A DNA stretch of 64,000 bases from Clostridia bacterium (GCA_017517275.1 JAFWZX010000015.1:12363-76362); one strand, 5' to 3'; shown: positions 49,101 through 59,039, counted from the first letter of the stretch. A program made the numbers and translations. The notes: generated by a model from the sequence alone, not told the origin.

Positions 49101-49754
49101 CCCGTTGAAAATTACGAACAGACGAGCAAAAGGATAAACGAATTAAAAGGCTTAATAAAGGATTTAGGCCCGGTCAACGTAAATGCTATCGAAGAATTTG
49201 AAAACGTAAAAACTCAGTACGAATTTATGTCCTCTCAATGCGCCGACATTACACTTGCAAAGCAGAAATTAGAAAAGGTTATAAACGAACTGAACGTTGT
49301 AATGCGTCAGCAATTTGCTGATCAATTTAAGCTTATACGTGATAATTTTAAAGAGGTTTTTGTTCAACTCTTTGGAGGCGGTACGGCAGATATTGTTCTT
49401 ACGGAAGGAAATGATATTCTCGAATGCGGAATTGATATACATGCTCAGCCTCCGGGCAAGAAGCTTCAGAATATGATGCTTTTATCAGGCGGAGAGAGAG
49501 CATTGACTGCAATAGCATTATTGTTTGCTATCCTCAAACTGCGTCCGTCACCGTTTTGTTTATTAGACGAGATAGAGGCGGCCTTGGACGAATCCAATGT
49601 ATATAGATTGTCAAAATACCTGAAGACACTCCATGATAATATACAGTTTATTATGGTAACACACCGAAAGGGAACCATGGAAAATGCCGGAGCACTGTAT
49701 GGCGTTACTATGGAAGAAAAGGGTGTTTCTAAGGTTGTTTCAATTAGACTTTAA
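46182..49754 (+). CDS. smc: chromosome segregation protein SMC
   Basis: Start MYLKRIEMQGFKSF. Walker A GPNGSGKSNISDA, long coiled coils and a hinge, LSGGERALTAIALLFA and FCLLDEIEAALD. Confidence 0.95.
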   Translation: MYLKRIEMQGFKSFVEKTVLEFDKGITAVVGPNGSGKSNISDAARWVLGEQSPKSLRCGKMEDVIFAGTQSRKPVGMSEVSLIMDNEDGVLNIDYSEVKITRKLYRSGESEYYINGAPCRLKDIHLLFADTGIGKDGYSIIGQGKVDQVLNSKSEDRRSIFEDASGIMKYRMQKQESERKLSQTEQNLLRINDIINMLSSQIKPLERQSVVAKKYLEFKYELRDIEVGVLAQGTKIAGEKLDKTCGDLDIFTEELNKKEKELEAIKKDNYDKTEKSKLLADMITSGRSQSFELEKRSDHFANQINVNNEKIKAALANKDRLTAQSIEGMERTRLFDLELAKMENQRSALDDTAAEIDKEIQKVNLQLQEANGNLNKTGDLITTIKDEVLAQRLLLAQSENNIDGAEKQIQLITQRKYAIDEEIAVLESNKTEAVKLLDDTQAALDKCRESLNEEKQIYKNSNERLVTLRNKIEEKNKQATEISGRVQSDNARLKLITELEEGFEGYAKSVKEVLQMCKTNTEFGKGIHGAVAQIITVSEKYETAIETALGHAYQDIITETEEDAKKAIEYLKQRRFGRATFLPLTAVNGRSFDSEQLTSLRRSRGFLGVAAQVVEYDTYFAPAIESLLGKIAVFDNIDNAFQAARTNRYSFMCVTLEGDIIRTSGAVTGGSPDKHTGAGAGALSRTREIPVLKANIDKNVSTLQKSMEDISAYKDEIVELEAVAKDKLEITRRLEREESILESKLESIKAVQDGEKQRRSKLVDELKSSITNVMELQNKKTEYSHNIQLASKRIDELNGDLKLKEIEFLHFEEARENVNQKMIQLRLKEADIKALIQKQEEDKARYISEIRQDKEKLSFYETEAKSAQELIEQLKGENSELEGRIVNTQKEIEAINLEIDNQTELKTSIDMSLDGMFDRITAVSEEITKYNETINKLSHVKQRLEEDINGNISRLWEEYELTIEDAYNMSEMHPVENYEQTSKRINELKGLIKDLGPVNVNAIEEFENVKTQYEFMSSQCADITLAKQKLEKVINELNVVMRQQFADQFKLIRDNFKEVFVQLFGGGTADIVLTEGNDILECGIDIHAQPPGKKLQNMMLLSGGERALTAIALLFAILKLRPSPFCLLDEIEAALDESNVYRLSKYLKTLHDNIQFIMVTHRKGTMENAGALYGVTMEEKGVSKVVSIRL

Positions 49755-49769
49755 GATTAAGGGGATAAT

Positions 49770-50690
49770 ATGGGATTTTTTGATAGATTAAAAGCAGGCC
49801 TTAAGAAAACAAAAGATAATTTTATCGGTAAAATCGATACAATCCTTGCCGGATTCGGCAAGATTGACGATGAGCTTTTTGAGGAGCTGGAATATATTTT
49901 AATAACGGCTGATTTCGGTATCGGCACAACTAACCGCATATTGGACGTTTTGAAGTCCAGAGTCAAAGAGGAGAAGCTTACCGATCCTCAAAAGATTCGC
50001 AATATGCTGCAGGAGATTATTTCACAGATGTTGGATATTGAAGGTAAGGGCTCGTATGGTCTTGACACAAATGACGTGCCCTGCGTTATTACTGTTATCG
50101 GTGTTAACGGAGTTGGTAAGACAACGTCCATAGGTAAGATGGCAAATTTATACAAAAAAGCAGGAAAAAAGGTTCTTCTTGCAGCAGGCGATACTTTCAG
50201 AGCCGCAGCTATCGATCAGCTTGTTGTCTGGAGCAGGCGAGCTGACGTAGACATCATAAAACAAAGTGAAGGATCAGATCCGTCGGCTGTTTTATTTGAC
50301 GCGTGTAATGCTGCTAATGCAAGAGGAGTGGACGTTCTTATATGTGATACTGCCGGCAGGCTTCATAATAAGAAGAATTTAATGGATGAACTGGCAAAAA
50401 TGTCCAGAGTTGTAGATAACAGAATGCCGGGTGTTTCCAGACAGACTTTGTTGGTTCTTGATGCGACAACAGGCCAGAATGCGGTAAACCAAGCAAAAGC
50501 TTTTTCTGAAATAGCACCGGTAAACGGAATTATTCTGACAAAGTTGGACGGATCTTCAAAAGGCGGCATAATTGTATCTATTGCAAGCGAACTGAACATT
50601 CCCGTAAAGCTTGTTGGCGTAGGAGAGGGAATGGAAGATTTACAGCCATTTGTTCCGGAAGATTTTGTAAAAGCTTTATTTGAAGATTGA
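49770..50690 (+). CDS. ftsY: signal recognition particle receptor FtsY
   Basis: GVNGVGKTTSIGK, DTAGRLHNK and TKLDGSSKGG. Confidence 0.95.
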   Translation: MGFFDRLKAGLKKTKDNFIGKIDTILAGFGKIDDELFEELEYILITADFGIGTTNRILDVLKSRVKEEKLTDPQKIRNMLQEIISQMLDIEGKGSYGLDTNDVPCVITVIGVNGVGKTTSIGKMANLYKKAGKKVLLAAGDTFRAAAIDQLVVWSRRADVDIIKQSEGSDPSAVLFDACNAANARGVDVLICDTAGRLHNKKNLMDELAKMSRVVDNRMPGVSRQTLLVLDATTGQNAVNQAKAFSEIAPVNGIILTKLDGSSKGGIIVSIASELNIPVKLVGVGEGMEDLQPFVPEDFVKALFED

Positions 50691-50744
50691 TTTATTTTGT
50701 GATTTTTAGTAGAATTAATATGTTTGTTTTTAAGGAGGAGAAAT

Positions 50745-52073
50745 ATGGTTGATAGATTAAATAAATTATTTGATGATTGCACTTTTGCAGAGACCAATAA
50801 ATATTCATCCCAGAACGGAGACGGTGTTGTTACAGGTTATGGCGCTGTATACGGAAGACCTGTGTTCGCAGCTATTCAGGATGAATCATACGTAGGAGGC
50901 TCTTTGAGTGCCGTTAACTGCGCAAAGATTGTAAAAACAATCGATTTTGCAGTGAAGGCAGGTGCTCCGTTTGTTTTAGTTATTAATTCAGCCGGTGCTC
51001 GTGCTCAGGAAGGCCTTCAAGTACTTGATTCTATGGGAAGTCTTGTAAATGCGCTTAGCGGTGCTTTGGGAATTATTCCGACGATTGCTGTTGTGAACGG
51101 TAAATGTCTCGGTACTATGGCAATAGCAGCAAATCTCTGTGATTTTGTTTTTTATTCAGAGGATAAAGCTCAATTATCAGTTGCAGGTCTTGATATTTGC
51201 AAGGATAAAGCAGGTAAAGCAATTAACAGTGACAACGGTAGCGTTGCTTGCTTCTGTGAAAATGAAGATGCATGTTTTGCTGCTGTTAAAGAACTTCTTT
51301 CTTATCTGCCTGACAATTCCGTAAGTTGCGATAATACAGAAGAGTGCGAAGATGATTTAAACAGAGAGGCTTTAGAACTTAATTCACTGAATGCTGTCGA
51401 TGAATACGACGTAAGAACTGTCATTGGAGCAGTTGCTGATAACGGTCAGTATTTTGAAATATATGCAGATTATGCAAAGAATATAGTGACTGCTTTTGCA
51501 AGATTTGGCGGTATTGTTGCTGCTGTTATCGCAAATCAGCCGGCTGAACTTGGCGGTGAGCTTACTCATGATGCAGCAAACAAAGCGAGCAAAGTTATTG
51601 ATTTTTGCGATAAATATTCTATTCCTGTTATCACGCTTACGAATACCGGTTCATATGCTGCTACGGAAGCGCAGGAGAAGGCCGGTGTAGCACAGGCTGC
51701 AGCGCTTCTTATTTCTTCATTTGCAAATACCGACGTGCCCAAGATAAATATTATTACAGGTAAGGCTTACGGAAATGCTTATATTTCAATGAACAGCAAG
51801 CAAATCGGTTGTGATATCGCATACGGATGGACGAGCGCAGATATTGCTCTTATCTCTCCTGAAGCAAACGTATTGCTTATGTATAAAGATGATATTAAAG
51901 CAGCTGAGGACCCTGTTGCAAAGAGACAGGAACTTATAGAAGAATACCGCAAACAATACCAGACGCCTATGTATGCGGCAGCCTGCGGCATGATAGATGA
52001 TGTTATTACTCCTGATTCTACTAGAGCACGAATTATCAGCGCTCTTGAGATTCTTTCACAGAAATTAGTTTGA
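50745..52073 (+). CDS. acyl-CoA carboxyltransferase (12S/MmdA/PccB-like), short and divergent in the N-terminal half
   Basis: 442 aa. The C-terminal half is canonical (VIANQPAELGGEL, KINIITGKAYGNAYISM). The N-terminal half has GKCLGTMAIAANLCDF where GPCAGGAVYSPALTDF is usual. Confidence 0.7.
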   Translation: MVDRLNKLFDDCTFAETNKYSSQNGDGVVTGYGAVYGRPVFAAIQDESYVGGSLSAVNCAKIVKTIDFAVKAGAPFVLVINSAGARAQEGLQVLDSMGSLVNALSGALGIIPTIAVVNGKCLGTMAIAANLCDFVFYSEDKAQLSVAGLDICKDKAGKAINSDNGSVACFCENEDACFAAVKELLSYLPDNSVSCDNTEECEDDLNREALELNSLNAVDEYDVRTVIGAVADNGQYFEIYADYAKNIVTAFARFGGIVAAVIANQPAELGGELTHDAANKASKVIDFCDKYSIPVITLTNTGSYAATEAQEKAGVAQAAALLISSFANTDVPKINIITGKAYGNAYISMNSKQIGCDIAYGWTSADIALISPEANVLLMYKDDIKAAEDPVAKRQELIEEYRKQYQTPMYAAACGMIDDVITPDSTRARIISALEILSQKLV

Positions 52074-52099
52074 TTTACATAGAAAGGAACAGATTTAAT

Positions 52100-52513
52100 A
52101 TGAAATATGTTGTTAAGATTAATGGTGTAACATATGAGGCAGAAGTTGAAGAGGTTGGAGGCGACGTAAGTGTATCTGCCGCTCCGTCTGTAGCACCTAA
52201 AGCTCCTGCTGCTCCGAAAGCTCCCGTTGCTGCTCCTGTTGCTGCAGCACCCAGCGCGCCGCAACCGGCTGCTGCACTTGCACCGAGTGGCGCAACCGGT
52301 GCTCAGACTGTAGCTGCTCCTATGCCGGGCACGATCCTCAAGGTAAACGTTAAAGCAGGAGACTCTGTTAAGCAAGGTGACGTTGTAGTAGTTCTTGAAG
52401 CTATGAAAATGGAAAATGATATTACAATGCCTGCTGACGGTGTTATCGCCGGTGTCAACGTAACTCAAGGAGCAACTGTAAATACAGGCGATATAATCGT
52501 AAGCTTTAATTAA
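52100..52513 (+). CDS. biotin carboxyl carrier protein (1.3S-like)
   Basis: Ala/Pro-rich linker and biotinylation motif LEAMKMEND. Confidence 0.85.
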   Translation: MKYVVKINGVTYEAEVEEVGGDVSVSAAPSVAPKAPAAPKAPVAAPVAAAPSAPQPAAALAPSGATGAQTVAAPMPGTILKVNVKAGDSVKQGDVVVVLEAMKMENDITMPADGVIAGVNVTQGATVNTGDIIVSFN

Positions 52514-52531
52514 TGAAAGGACGTTGTAACA

Positions 52532-53929
52532 TTGGCTAAAGTCAGAATAACAGAAACAATTTTAAGAGATGCACATCAGTCTTTGATTGCTACAAGAATG
52601 CCGACTGAACAGATGCTTCCTATCGTTGAACAGTTGGATAATATTGGTTACAATGCTCTGGAGGCATGGGGTGGTGCTACATTTGATGCATCATTAAGAT
52701 TTCTAAATGAAGATCCATGGGAAAGACTCCGCAAGATAAAGTCAAAGGCAAAGAAAACTCCTCTTCAAATGCTTTTCAGAGGACAGAACATTCTCGGTTA
52801 TAAACATTATGCAGACGATGTTGTTGATTACTTTGTACAGAAAGCAGTTGCCAACGGAATAAACATAATTCGTATTTTTGATGCATTGAATGATCCCAGA
52901 AATATTGAACGTGCAATGAAAGCTTGTATTAAAGAGGGCGGACATGCGCAGGGCTGCATCTGCTATACCACAAGTCCGTATCATAATATTGATGTTTTTA
53001 TCAAAGATGCTAAGACTATAGAATCGATGGGAGCTTCTTCTATTTGTATTAAGGACATGGCAGGATTACTTGTTCCGTACGAGGCATATAATCTGGTAAA
53101 AGCTCTTAAAGCAAACGTTAATATTCCAATCGAGCTTCATACACACTATACAAGCGGATGCGGTTCTATGACTTATCTTAAGGCAATAGAAGCAGGCGTT
53201 GATATTATTGACTGTGCATTATCTCCGCTTGCTCTCGGTACGTCACAACCTGCAACAGAACCTATCGTTGCAACTCTTCAGGGAACAGAATATGATACAG
53301 GTCTTGACCTTGAGGCTCTTAATAACGCAGCAGGATATTTCAAAGGTCTCAGAGAAGAATATCTTTCTTCCGGTCTTTTAGATCCTAAAATGCTTGGTGT
53401 TGATGCAAAAGCTCTTATTTATCAGGTTCCGGGAGGTATGTTATCCAATCTTTTATCACAGCTCAAACAGGCAAATGCTGTCGATAAATATGACGAAGTG
53501 CTTAAAGAGGTTCCCCGAGTACGTGCCGATTTAGGATATCCGCCACTTGTAACACCTACAAGCCAGATTGTAGGCTCTCAGGCTGTTTTAAACGTTCTTA
53601 GCGGCGAGAGATATAAGATGGTAACAAAGGAAGCAAAGGGCGTTGTTAAAGGCGAATACGGCCGTACCCCGGCTCCTATTGATCCGGAGTTCGCAAAGAA
53701 GATTCTCGGCGATGAAGAGCAGATATCATGCAGACCTGCCGATTTGATTGCACCGGAGCTTGAATCTATCAGAAATGAGATAAAAGAATATATCGAACAA
53801 GACGAGGATGTACTTTCCTATGCTTTGTTCCCCCAACCTGCAACAAACTTCTTTAAGAAACGTCAGGCTTCTAAATATAAATTTGATGCTCAAAATGCAG
53901 ATTACAATGATAAAACACATCCTGCTTAA
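52532..53929 (+). CDS. pyruvate/oxaloacetate carboxyltransferase (5S / OadA-like, no biotin domain)
   Basis: ITETILRDAHQSL and the HMGL-like TIM barrel (ELHTHYTSG). TTG start per the ORF track. Confidence 0.85.
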   Translation: MAKVRITETILRDAHQSLIATRMPTEQMLPIVEQLDNIGYNALEAWGGATFDASLRFLNEDPWERLRKIKSKAKKTPLQMLFRGQNILGYKHYADDVVDYFVQKAVANGINIIRIFDALNDPRNIERAMKACIKEGGHAQGCICYTTSPYHNIDVFIKDAKTIESMGASSICIKDMAGLLVPYEAYNLVKALKANVNIPIELHTHYTSGCGSMTYLKAIEAGVDIIDCALSPLALGTSQPATEPIVATLQGTEYDTGLDLEALNNAAGYFKGLREEYLSSGLLDPKMLGVDAKALIYQVPGGMLSNLLSQLKQANAVDKYDEVLKEVPRVRADLGYPPLVTPTSQIVGSQAVLNVLSGERYKMVTKEAKGVVKGEYGRTPAPIDPEFAKKILGDEEQISCRPADLIAPELESIRNEIKEYIEQDEDVLSYALFPQPATNFFKKRQASKYKFDAQNADYNDKTHPA

Positions 53930-53944
53930 GGGAGGATGTGTTTT

Positions 53945-55174
53945 ATGGACTTAATTGTAATCGGTGCCGGTCCGGCCGGCGTTATGGCAGCGATTCAGGC
54001 CGCAGAAAACGGGGCGCGCGTCACTGTTTTAGAGAAAAATAAAGTTCTATGCAGGAAACTTAGGATTACAGGAAAAGGCAGATGTAATATTACAAATGCA
54101 TGTGAAAAGCGAGAGCTGTTTGATAATATTCCTCGTAATTCTAAGTTTCTTATGTCGTGTATCAACAATTTTTCTAACCACGATATAATCTCTTTCTTTG
54201 AAAAAAATAAACTTCCTACGGTTGTAGAAAGAGGCGGACGCGTATTTCCTGCTTCGCAAAATGCAACAGATGTTGCCAATTGCCTTATAAACGTTGCAAG
54301 GAAGCTGGGTGTACGTTTTATCTGCGAAAGCAACGTTACTGCCATTATACGCAATAATGATGGTGTATGCGCCGTAGAAGCTACGTGCCGTGGCGAAACT
54401 AAGCGCTATGAGGCACCTAACGTCTTGATTGCAACAGGTGGCTTATCGTATCCTCTTACAGGATCAACCGGGGACGGATACACATTTGCAAGAGATTTAG
54501 GACATAGCATTATTGATACTAAGCCCTCTCTTTGCCCTTTGGTTTCAGATGATTTTTACATTTCAGAACTTGAGGGTTGTTCTTTGAGAAACGTAAACAT
54601 TAACTTGTTTATTGGAAGCAAGTCTGTGTATAGTGATTTCGGTGAAATGGTTTTCACACACAACGGTGTTTCCGGGCCTGTAATTCTAAGTGCATCCTGT
54701 CATTATGATGAGTCAGTTCCTGCAAAAATTGAGATTGATTTCAAGCCGGCTCTTGATGAAGAAACACTGGATAAACGAATATTGAGAGATTTCTCACAGG
54801 TAAAAAACAAAATATTTGCCAATTCTTTAGATGGGTTATTGCCAAAAAAAATCATACCGGTGTTCGTTATGAAAACAGGTATCAATCCAAGTAAGCAGGT
54901 AAACGCGATTACTTCGCAAGAAAGAAGTCGAATTCTTTACTTGTTGAAACATTTTGACATTAATATCGTATCGAAAGGAGATATCAGCGAAGCTATCATA
55001 ACATCCGGAGGTATTAACGTAAAGGAGATTAATCCGAAGACAATGGAGTCTAAATTGTGTAGGGGATTGTTTTTTGCAGGAGAAGTAATTGATGTAGATG
55101 GATATACCGGAGGATTTAATTTGACGATTGCTTTCTCCACAGGGTATGCGGCAGGTACAAGCATACGGTTTTAA
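53945..55174 (+). CDS. HI0933/BaiN-like NAD(P)/FAD-dependent oxidoreductase
   Basis: VIGAGPAGVMAAIQAAENG, KLRITGKGRCNITN and GEVIDVDGYTGGFNL. Confidence 0.8.
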   Translation: MDLIVIGAGPAGVMAAIQAAENGARVTVLEKNKVLCRKLRITGKGRCNITNACEKRELFDNIPRNSKFLMSCINNFSNHDIISFFEKNKLPTVVERGGRVFPASQNATDVANCLINVARKLGVRFICESNVTAIIRNNDGVCAVEATCRGETKRYEAPNVLIATGGLSYPLTGSTGDGYTFARDLGHSIIDTKPSLCPLVSDDFYISELEGCSLRNVNINLFIGSKSVYSDFGEMVFTHNGVSGPVILSASCHYDESVPAKIEIDFKPALDEETLDKRILRDFSQVKNKIFANSLDGLLPKKIIPVFVMKTGINPSKQVNAITSQERSRILYLLKHFDINIVSKGDISEAIITSGGINVKEINPKTMESKLCRGLFFAGEVIDVDGYTGGFNLTIAFSTGYAAGTSIRF

Positions 55175-55253
55175 TTTACTATGTACTTGCGTTTTTTTGA
55201 CAAATAATATATAAAGATAAAGAACAGAATTTATTTAGCCGGGAAGGTGTTTT

Positions 55254-56258
55254 ATGAAAATTTTAGTTACTGGTGGTATTGGTTTTATAGGTAGTCATAC
55301 TTGTGTCGAGCTTCTTGACAGTGGATATGAGATTGTTGTTATTGACAATTTGTCAAATTGTAGCATCGACGCAGTTGATAAAATAAAAGCTATTACCGGA
55401 AAAGATTTTAAATTTATTGAATGTGATATCAGAGATAGAGAATTATTGGATAAGATTTTTTCTGAGAACGATTTTGACTGTGTTATCCATTTTGCAGGAT
55501 TAAAGGCAGTTGGAGAGTCTGTTTCGATGCCGCTTTCTTATTATGAAAATAACGTAGGAGGTACGGTTACACTGCTCCAGGTTATGGCCGCTCATAACGT
55601 GAAGCGGATAATTTTCAGCTCATCTGCTACAGTATACGGTAACCCTGCTTCTCTTCCTATAACGGAGGATTTTCCCCTTGGTCCTGTAACAAACCCATAT
55701 GGCAGGACGAAGTTGATTATCGAAGAGATTTTAAGAGATCTGTGGGTATCTGATCATAGCTGGTCAGTTATTCTTCTTAGATATTTCAATCCGATCGGTG
55801 CACATTCAAGCGGACTTCTTTGTGAGAGTCCTAAAGGAACTCCGAATAATATTATGCCGCGTATCCTTAACGTAGCACTTAAGAAGACACCTTACATTAC
55901 AGTCTTTGGAAACGACTACAATACTCATGACGGTACAGGCGTTCGAGATTATATCCACGTAAGTGATTTGGCTCGCGGCCATGTTGCTGCTTTAAAATAT
56001 GCAATGGAAAATAATAAGGTTGAAGCTTTTAACCTGGGAACCGGAACCGGATATTCTGTATTTGATCTTATAAATACGTTCATTCGTGTAAATGAGGTTG
56101 ACATTCCGTATTCTATTGAAGCAAGACGTCCGGGAGATATTGACGCATGCTATGCAAATCCGGATAAAGCATACAAGCTTCTCGGTTGGAAGACAACTCT
56201 TGAACTTGATACTATGTGTAAGGATGGTTATAAGGCTGCCGTTAACGCAAATAAATAA
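55254..56258 (+). CDS. galE: UDP-glucose 4-epimerase
   Basis: ILVTGGIGFIGSH, SSSATVYG and PYGRTK (YxxxK). Confidence 0.9.
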   Translation: MKILVTGGIGFIGSHTCVELLDSGYEIVVIDNLSNCSIDAVDKIKAITGKDFKFIECDIRDRELLDKIFSENDFDCVIHFAGLKAVGESVSMPLSYYENNVGGTVTLLQVMAAHNVKRIIFSSSATVYGNPASLPITEDFPLGPVTNPYGRTKLIIEEILRDLWVSDHSWSVILLRYFNPIGAHSSGLLCESPKGTPNNIMPRILNVALKKTPYITVFGNDYNTHDGTGVRDYIHVSDLARGHVAALKYAMENNKVEAFNLGTGTGYSVFDLINTFIRVNEVDIPYSIEARRPGDIDACYANPDKAYKLLGWKTTLELDTMCKDGYKAAVNANK

Positions 56259-56272
56259 AAGGGGAGTCGGAT

Positions 56273-56806
56273 ATGAAATTAAATGGTAAAAACAACAATT
56301 TGATTTTATTTTTAGCAGGTTTCTTATATATAATTGTTGCAGTTGCAGTTTTGTTGCTACCTTTTGACGATGCATATTTTAATATGCTTGCTGCTGCCGT
56401 TGCAATCTGTGTTGTTGGCTTTTTACTTGTTTTTTCCTATCTGATCAATAAAAAGTGGTTTTTCAAACCGGGTTGGATATTGTCCCAAGGTATGTTTTGC
56501 ATCATAATAGCCATACTTCTGTTTTTAAACAACTATAATATGCTGATGGACAACGTATCTATACTGCTTGCTTTTTGGGCACTTCTTTCTGCTGTAACGC
56601 AGATATCAACGTCAATACAGATTAAGTATTTGCAGTTCCAAAAATGGCAGCGCCTATTTTTAGCCGGACTGTTGAATTTGATTATATTTGCTTTTCTGCT
56701 GATTAATCCTTTCGCGGAATATCTTACCGATGTGATGCTAACGTGTTATTACATGATTTTTTCTGCAATTACTCTACTTGCAGAGCCTTTCTCATATAAT
56801 AAATAA
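56273..56806 (+). CDS. small polytopic membrane protein (DUF308/HdeD-like?)
   Basis: 177 aa with about 6 hydrophobic segments. The family assignment is uncertain. Confidence 0.5.
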   Translation: MKLNGKNNNLILFLAGFLYIIVAVAVLLLPFDDAYFNMLAAAVAICVVGFLLVFSYLINKKWFFKPGWILSQGMFCIIIAILLFLNNYNMLMDNVSILLAFWALLSAVTQISTSIQIKYLQFQKWQRLFLAGLLNLIIFAFLLINPFAEYLTDVMLTCYYMIFSAITLLAEPFSYNK

Positions 56807-56818
56807 TAAGGGGAGATA

Positions 56819-57556
56819 TTGTTGAAATTTAATTCATTCAAAATCAAAATAATTGCTTTTTTATGCCTTACTGCCTACACGGTTGCATATTCAGGTTTTA
56901 TTTCAAATCCGATTTTGAAATACTCCTTAGGTACGATCGGATGCGTTTGTATCCCTCTTTTTTCCCTTCTTATAGATGAGGCTGTAGATAAGACAAGATC
57001 CATTAATAAATTGATGTTAAAAAGCCTATTAGTAGCTGTCATTTCTGCGTTCCCGTATCGTTTCGTTTTTATGAGCAAGGATGATCCGGGGGATATACAT
57101 TTATTTTACAGTCTTGCTTTGACTTCATTCGTTTGTCTTGCATCCGTATATATGTACGACAAAATGAAAAATAAATTCCAAAGGATCTTCTGTGTAGGTT
57201 TTATCGTTATAATAACAACGTTTTTAATTGGGTTGGAATTATGTCCGCACGCTTTGATTATCATGTTTATCATGCATATCTGTAAAGAAAAGAAATTCTA
57301 CGAAAAAGCTTATTACATAACGAGCTACGTTGCTGTTATTGCTGTTGTATGTTTTGTTTTCCTGAAAATGGTGAAAATAGATAATGCAACCTACATAAAC
57401 GAGTGCTATCAGAATATGACACTCTTAGGTTGCATACTGGCGCTGCCAATTATTAAGAACTATAACGGTGAGAAAGGTCCTTCTTGTAAAATACTGAGCT
57501 ACTCGTATTATACTGCTCTTTTGGTTGTGTTACTCGTCTTAAAATTGACAGCGTAA
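56819..57556 (+). CDS. polytopic membrane protein (TraX-like?)
   Basis: 245 aa with multiple TM helices and a non-ATG (TTG) start per the ORF track. The family assignment is uncertain. Confidence 0.45.
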   Translation: MLKFNSFKIKIIAFLCLTAYTVAYSGFISNPILKYSLGTIGCVCIPLFSLLIDEAVDKTRSINKLMLKSLLVAVISAFPYRFVFMSKDDPGDIHLFYSLALTSFVCLASVYMYDKMKNKFQRIFCVGFIVIITTFLIGLELCPHALIIMFIMHICKEKKFYEKAYYITSYVAVIAVVCFVFLKMVKIDNATYINECYQNMTLLGCILALPIIKNYNGEKGPSCKILSYSYYTALLVVLLVLKLTA

Positions 57557-57558
57557 TA

Positions 57559-58971
57559 TTATAATTCTTCTTCCGTACTCGCTTCGGTGCTTTCAAGCGG
57601 CGGGAGAATTTCTAATTGTATTTTAGTGATAAGCTTTTCATTGCTTTCTAATACGGTAAATTTATAACGATTCCAAATAACGTCCGGATGCTTGTTCTCC
57701 TCGGGAATTTCGCCTAACAGAGCGATTACAAGGCCGTTAATTGTTTCGTATTCTTCGCTTGGGAGTTCGATTTCAAGCGCATCGTTAATATCGTCTATTT
57801 CAGCAAAACCGTCAATGGAAAAGGTCGTATCATTGATTCTTTGAATCAGACTCTCTGTTTCAGCTATTTCATCGGTGTCGTATTCATCGCGTATGTTACC
57901 AACAAGCTCTTCTAAAATATCTTCCATTGTAATTATTCCTGATGTTCCGCCGTATTCGTCTACAACGATTGCAAGATGGTTATTATTTGTCTGAAGCGTC
58001 TTAAGTACATCATCAATCTTTTGTGATTCAGGAACAAAACACGGAGGACGCATGATTTGTTTAACATCAAATCCGAATTCATCAACTTTAAGCAAATCTT
58101 TTATATGGATAATGCCTACGATGTTATCAATATTACCGTCATAAACAGGGAATCTGGAGTATTTTTCGCTGGTTGCAGCATTTAATACCGTGAGATAATT
58201 ATCGTTAATTTTCACAGAGCACATTTCTGTTCTGTGCGTCATAACGTCCATGGCTGTTTTATCGTTAAATTGGAAAATGTTACTAATCATTTCGCTCTCT
58301 TCGTCGCCGATCAAACCTTTTTCCTGGCCTTCGTTGACCATTAACATTATTTCTTCCTCTGTAGCTGTCTCTTCGTCTTCATTAGGATTAATTCCTATGA
58401 GCTTCAGTACACCGTTTACACATGCGGTAAGCAGTGCGATAAAAGGTGCAAAAATAATGCCGGTAATTCTAAGCGGTGTAACTGATCTCATAGCCATTTT
58501 TTCACTATTTCGCATTCCGATACGTTTAGGAACTAATTCGCCGAAAATAAGTGTAATAAACGATAATACAAGGGTGATCACAACTAACGTAATAGAATAA
58601 ACAACACTGCTGTTGTTAGATACCCACTGAAATTTTGAAGAAAGCGCTGTAACGATAATAGATGCAAACGAAGAGGATGCAATCGCACTTGATAAGAAAC
58701 CTGCAAACGTAACACCCACTTGAATTGTAGATAGGAATTTGCTGGGGTTGTCGATTATTTTCAAAAGGAATTTAGCTTTTTTGTTGCCTTTTTCAGCAAT
58801 CTTTTTTATCTTATTATCATTGAGATTCATCAACGCAAATTCAGAGGCTGCAAAAAAAGCATTAACAAAAGTAAGAAAAATAATTAATAGAATTTGAAGA
58901 ACTAATGTCCCCGTATCAACTGATACTGTGTCTGAAGCAAGGAACCACAAGGGTATGCCATCATCGTTCAT
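57559..58971 (-). CDS. CNNM/hemolysin-family protein (DUF21 + CBS pair + CorC_HlyC)
   Basis: N-terminal 4-TM DUF21, a CBS region (VMTHRTEM..., VVDEYGGTSGIITMEDILEELVG) and a CorC C-terminal domain. Confidence 0.85.
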   Translation of the reverse strand: MNDDGIPLWFLASDTVSVDTGTLVLQILLIIFLTFVNAFFAASEFALMNLNDNKIKKIAEKGNKKAKFLLKIIDNPSKFLSTIQVGVTFAGFLSSAIASSSFASIIVTALSSKFQWVSNNSSVVYSITLVVITLVLSFITLIFGELVPKRIGMRNSEKMAMRSVTPLRITGIIFAPFIALLTACVNGVLKLIGINPNEDEETATEEEIMLMVNEGQEKGLIGDEESEMISNIFQFNDKTAMDVMTHRTEMCSVKINDNYLTVLNAATSEKYSRFPVYDGNIDNIVGIIHIKDLLKVDEFGFDVKQIMRPPCFVPESQKIDDVLKTLQTNNNHLAIVVDEYGGTSGIITMEDILEELVGNIRDEYDTDEIAETESLIQRINDTTFSIDGFAEIDDINDALEIELPSEEYETINGLVIALLGEIPEENKHPDVIWNRYKFTVLESNEKLITKIQLEILPPLESTEASTEEEL

Positions 58972-59010
58972 AAGAAAAAGTCAGATCCTTTCAATACATA
59001 TTGTTTGCAT

Positions 59011-59039
59011 ATGATACAATAGGGAAGTGTAAAAGTCAA
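59011..59039 (-). promoter_or_regulatory. putative promoter of the CNNM-family gene
   Basis: Minus strand: TTGACT (59034-59039), 17 nt, TATCAT (59011-59016). Confidence 0.4.

Noticed and set aside
51779-52468. 229-aa minus-strand ORF spanning the carboxyltransferase/BCCP junction
   Set aside because: It is antisense to two well-supported genes. Its Arg/Ser/Cys-rich composition is what the reverse complement of an Ala/Pro-rich linker gives. It has no SD, so it is a shadow ORF.
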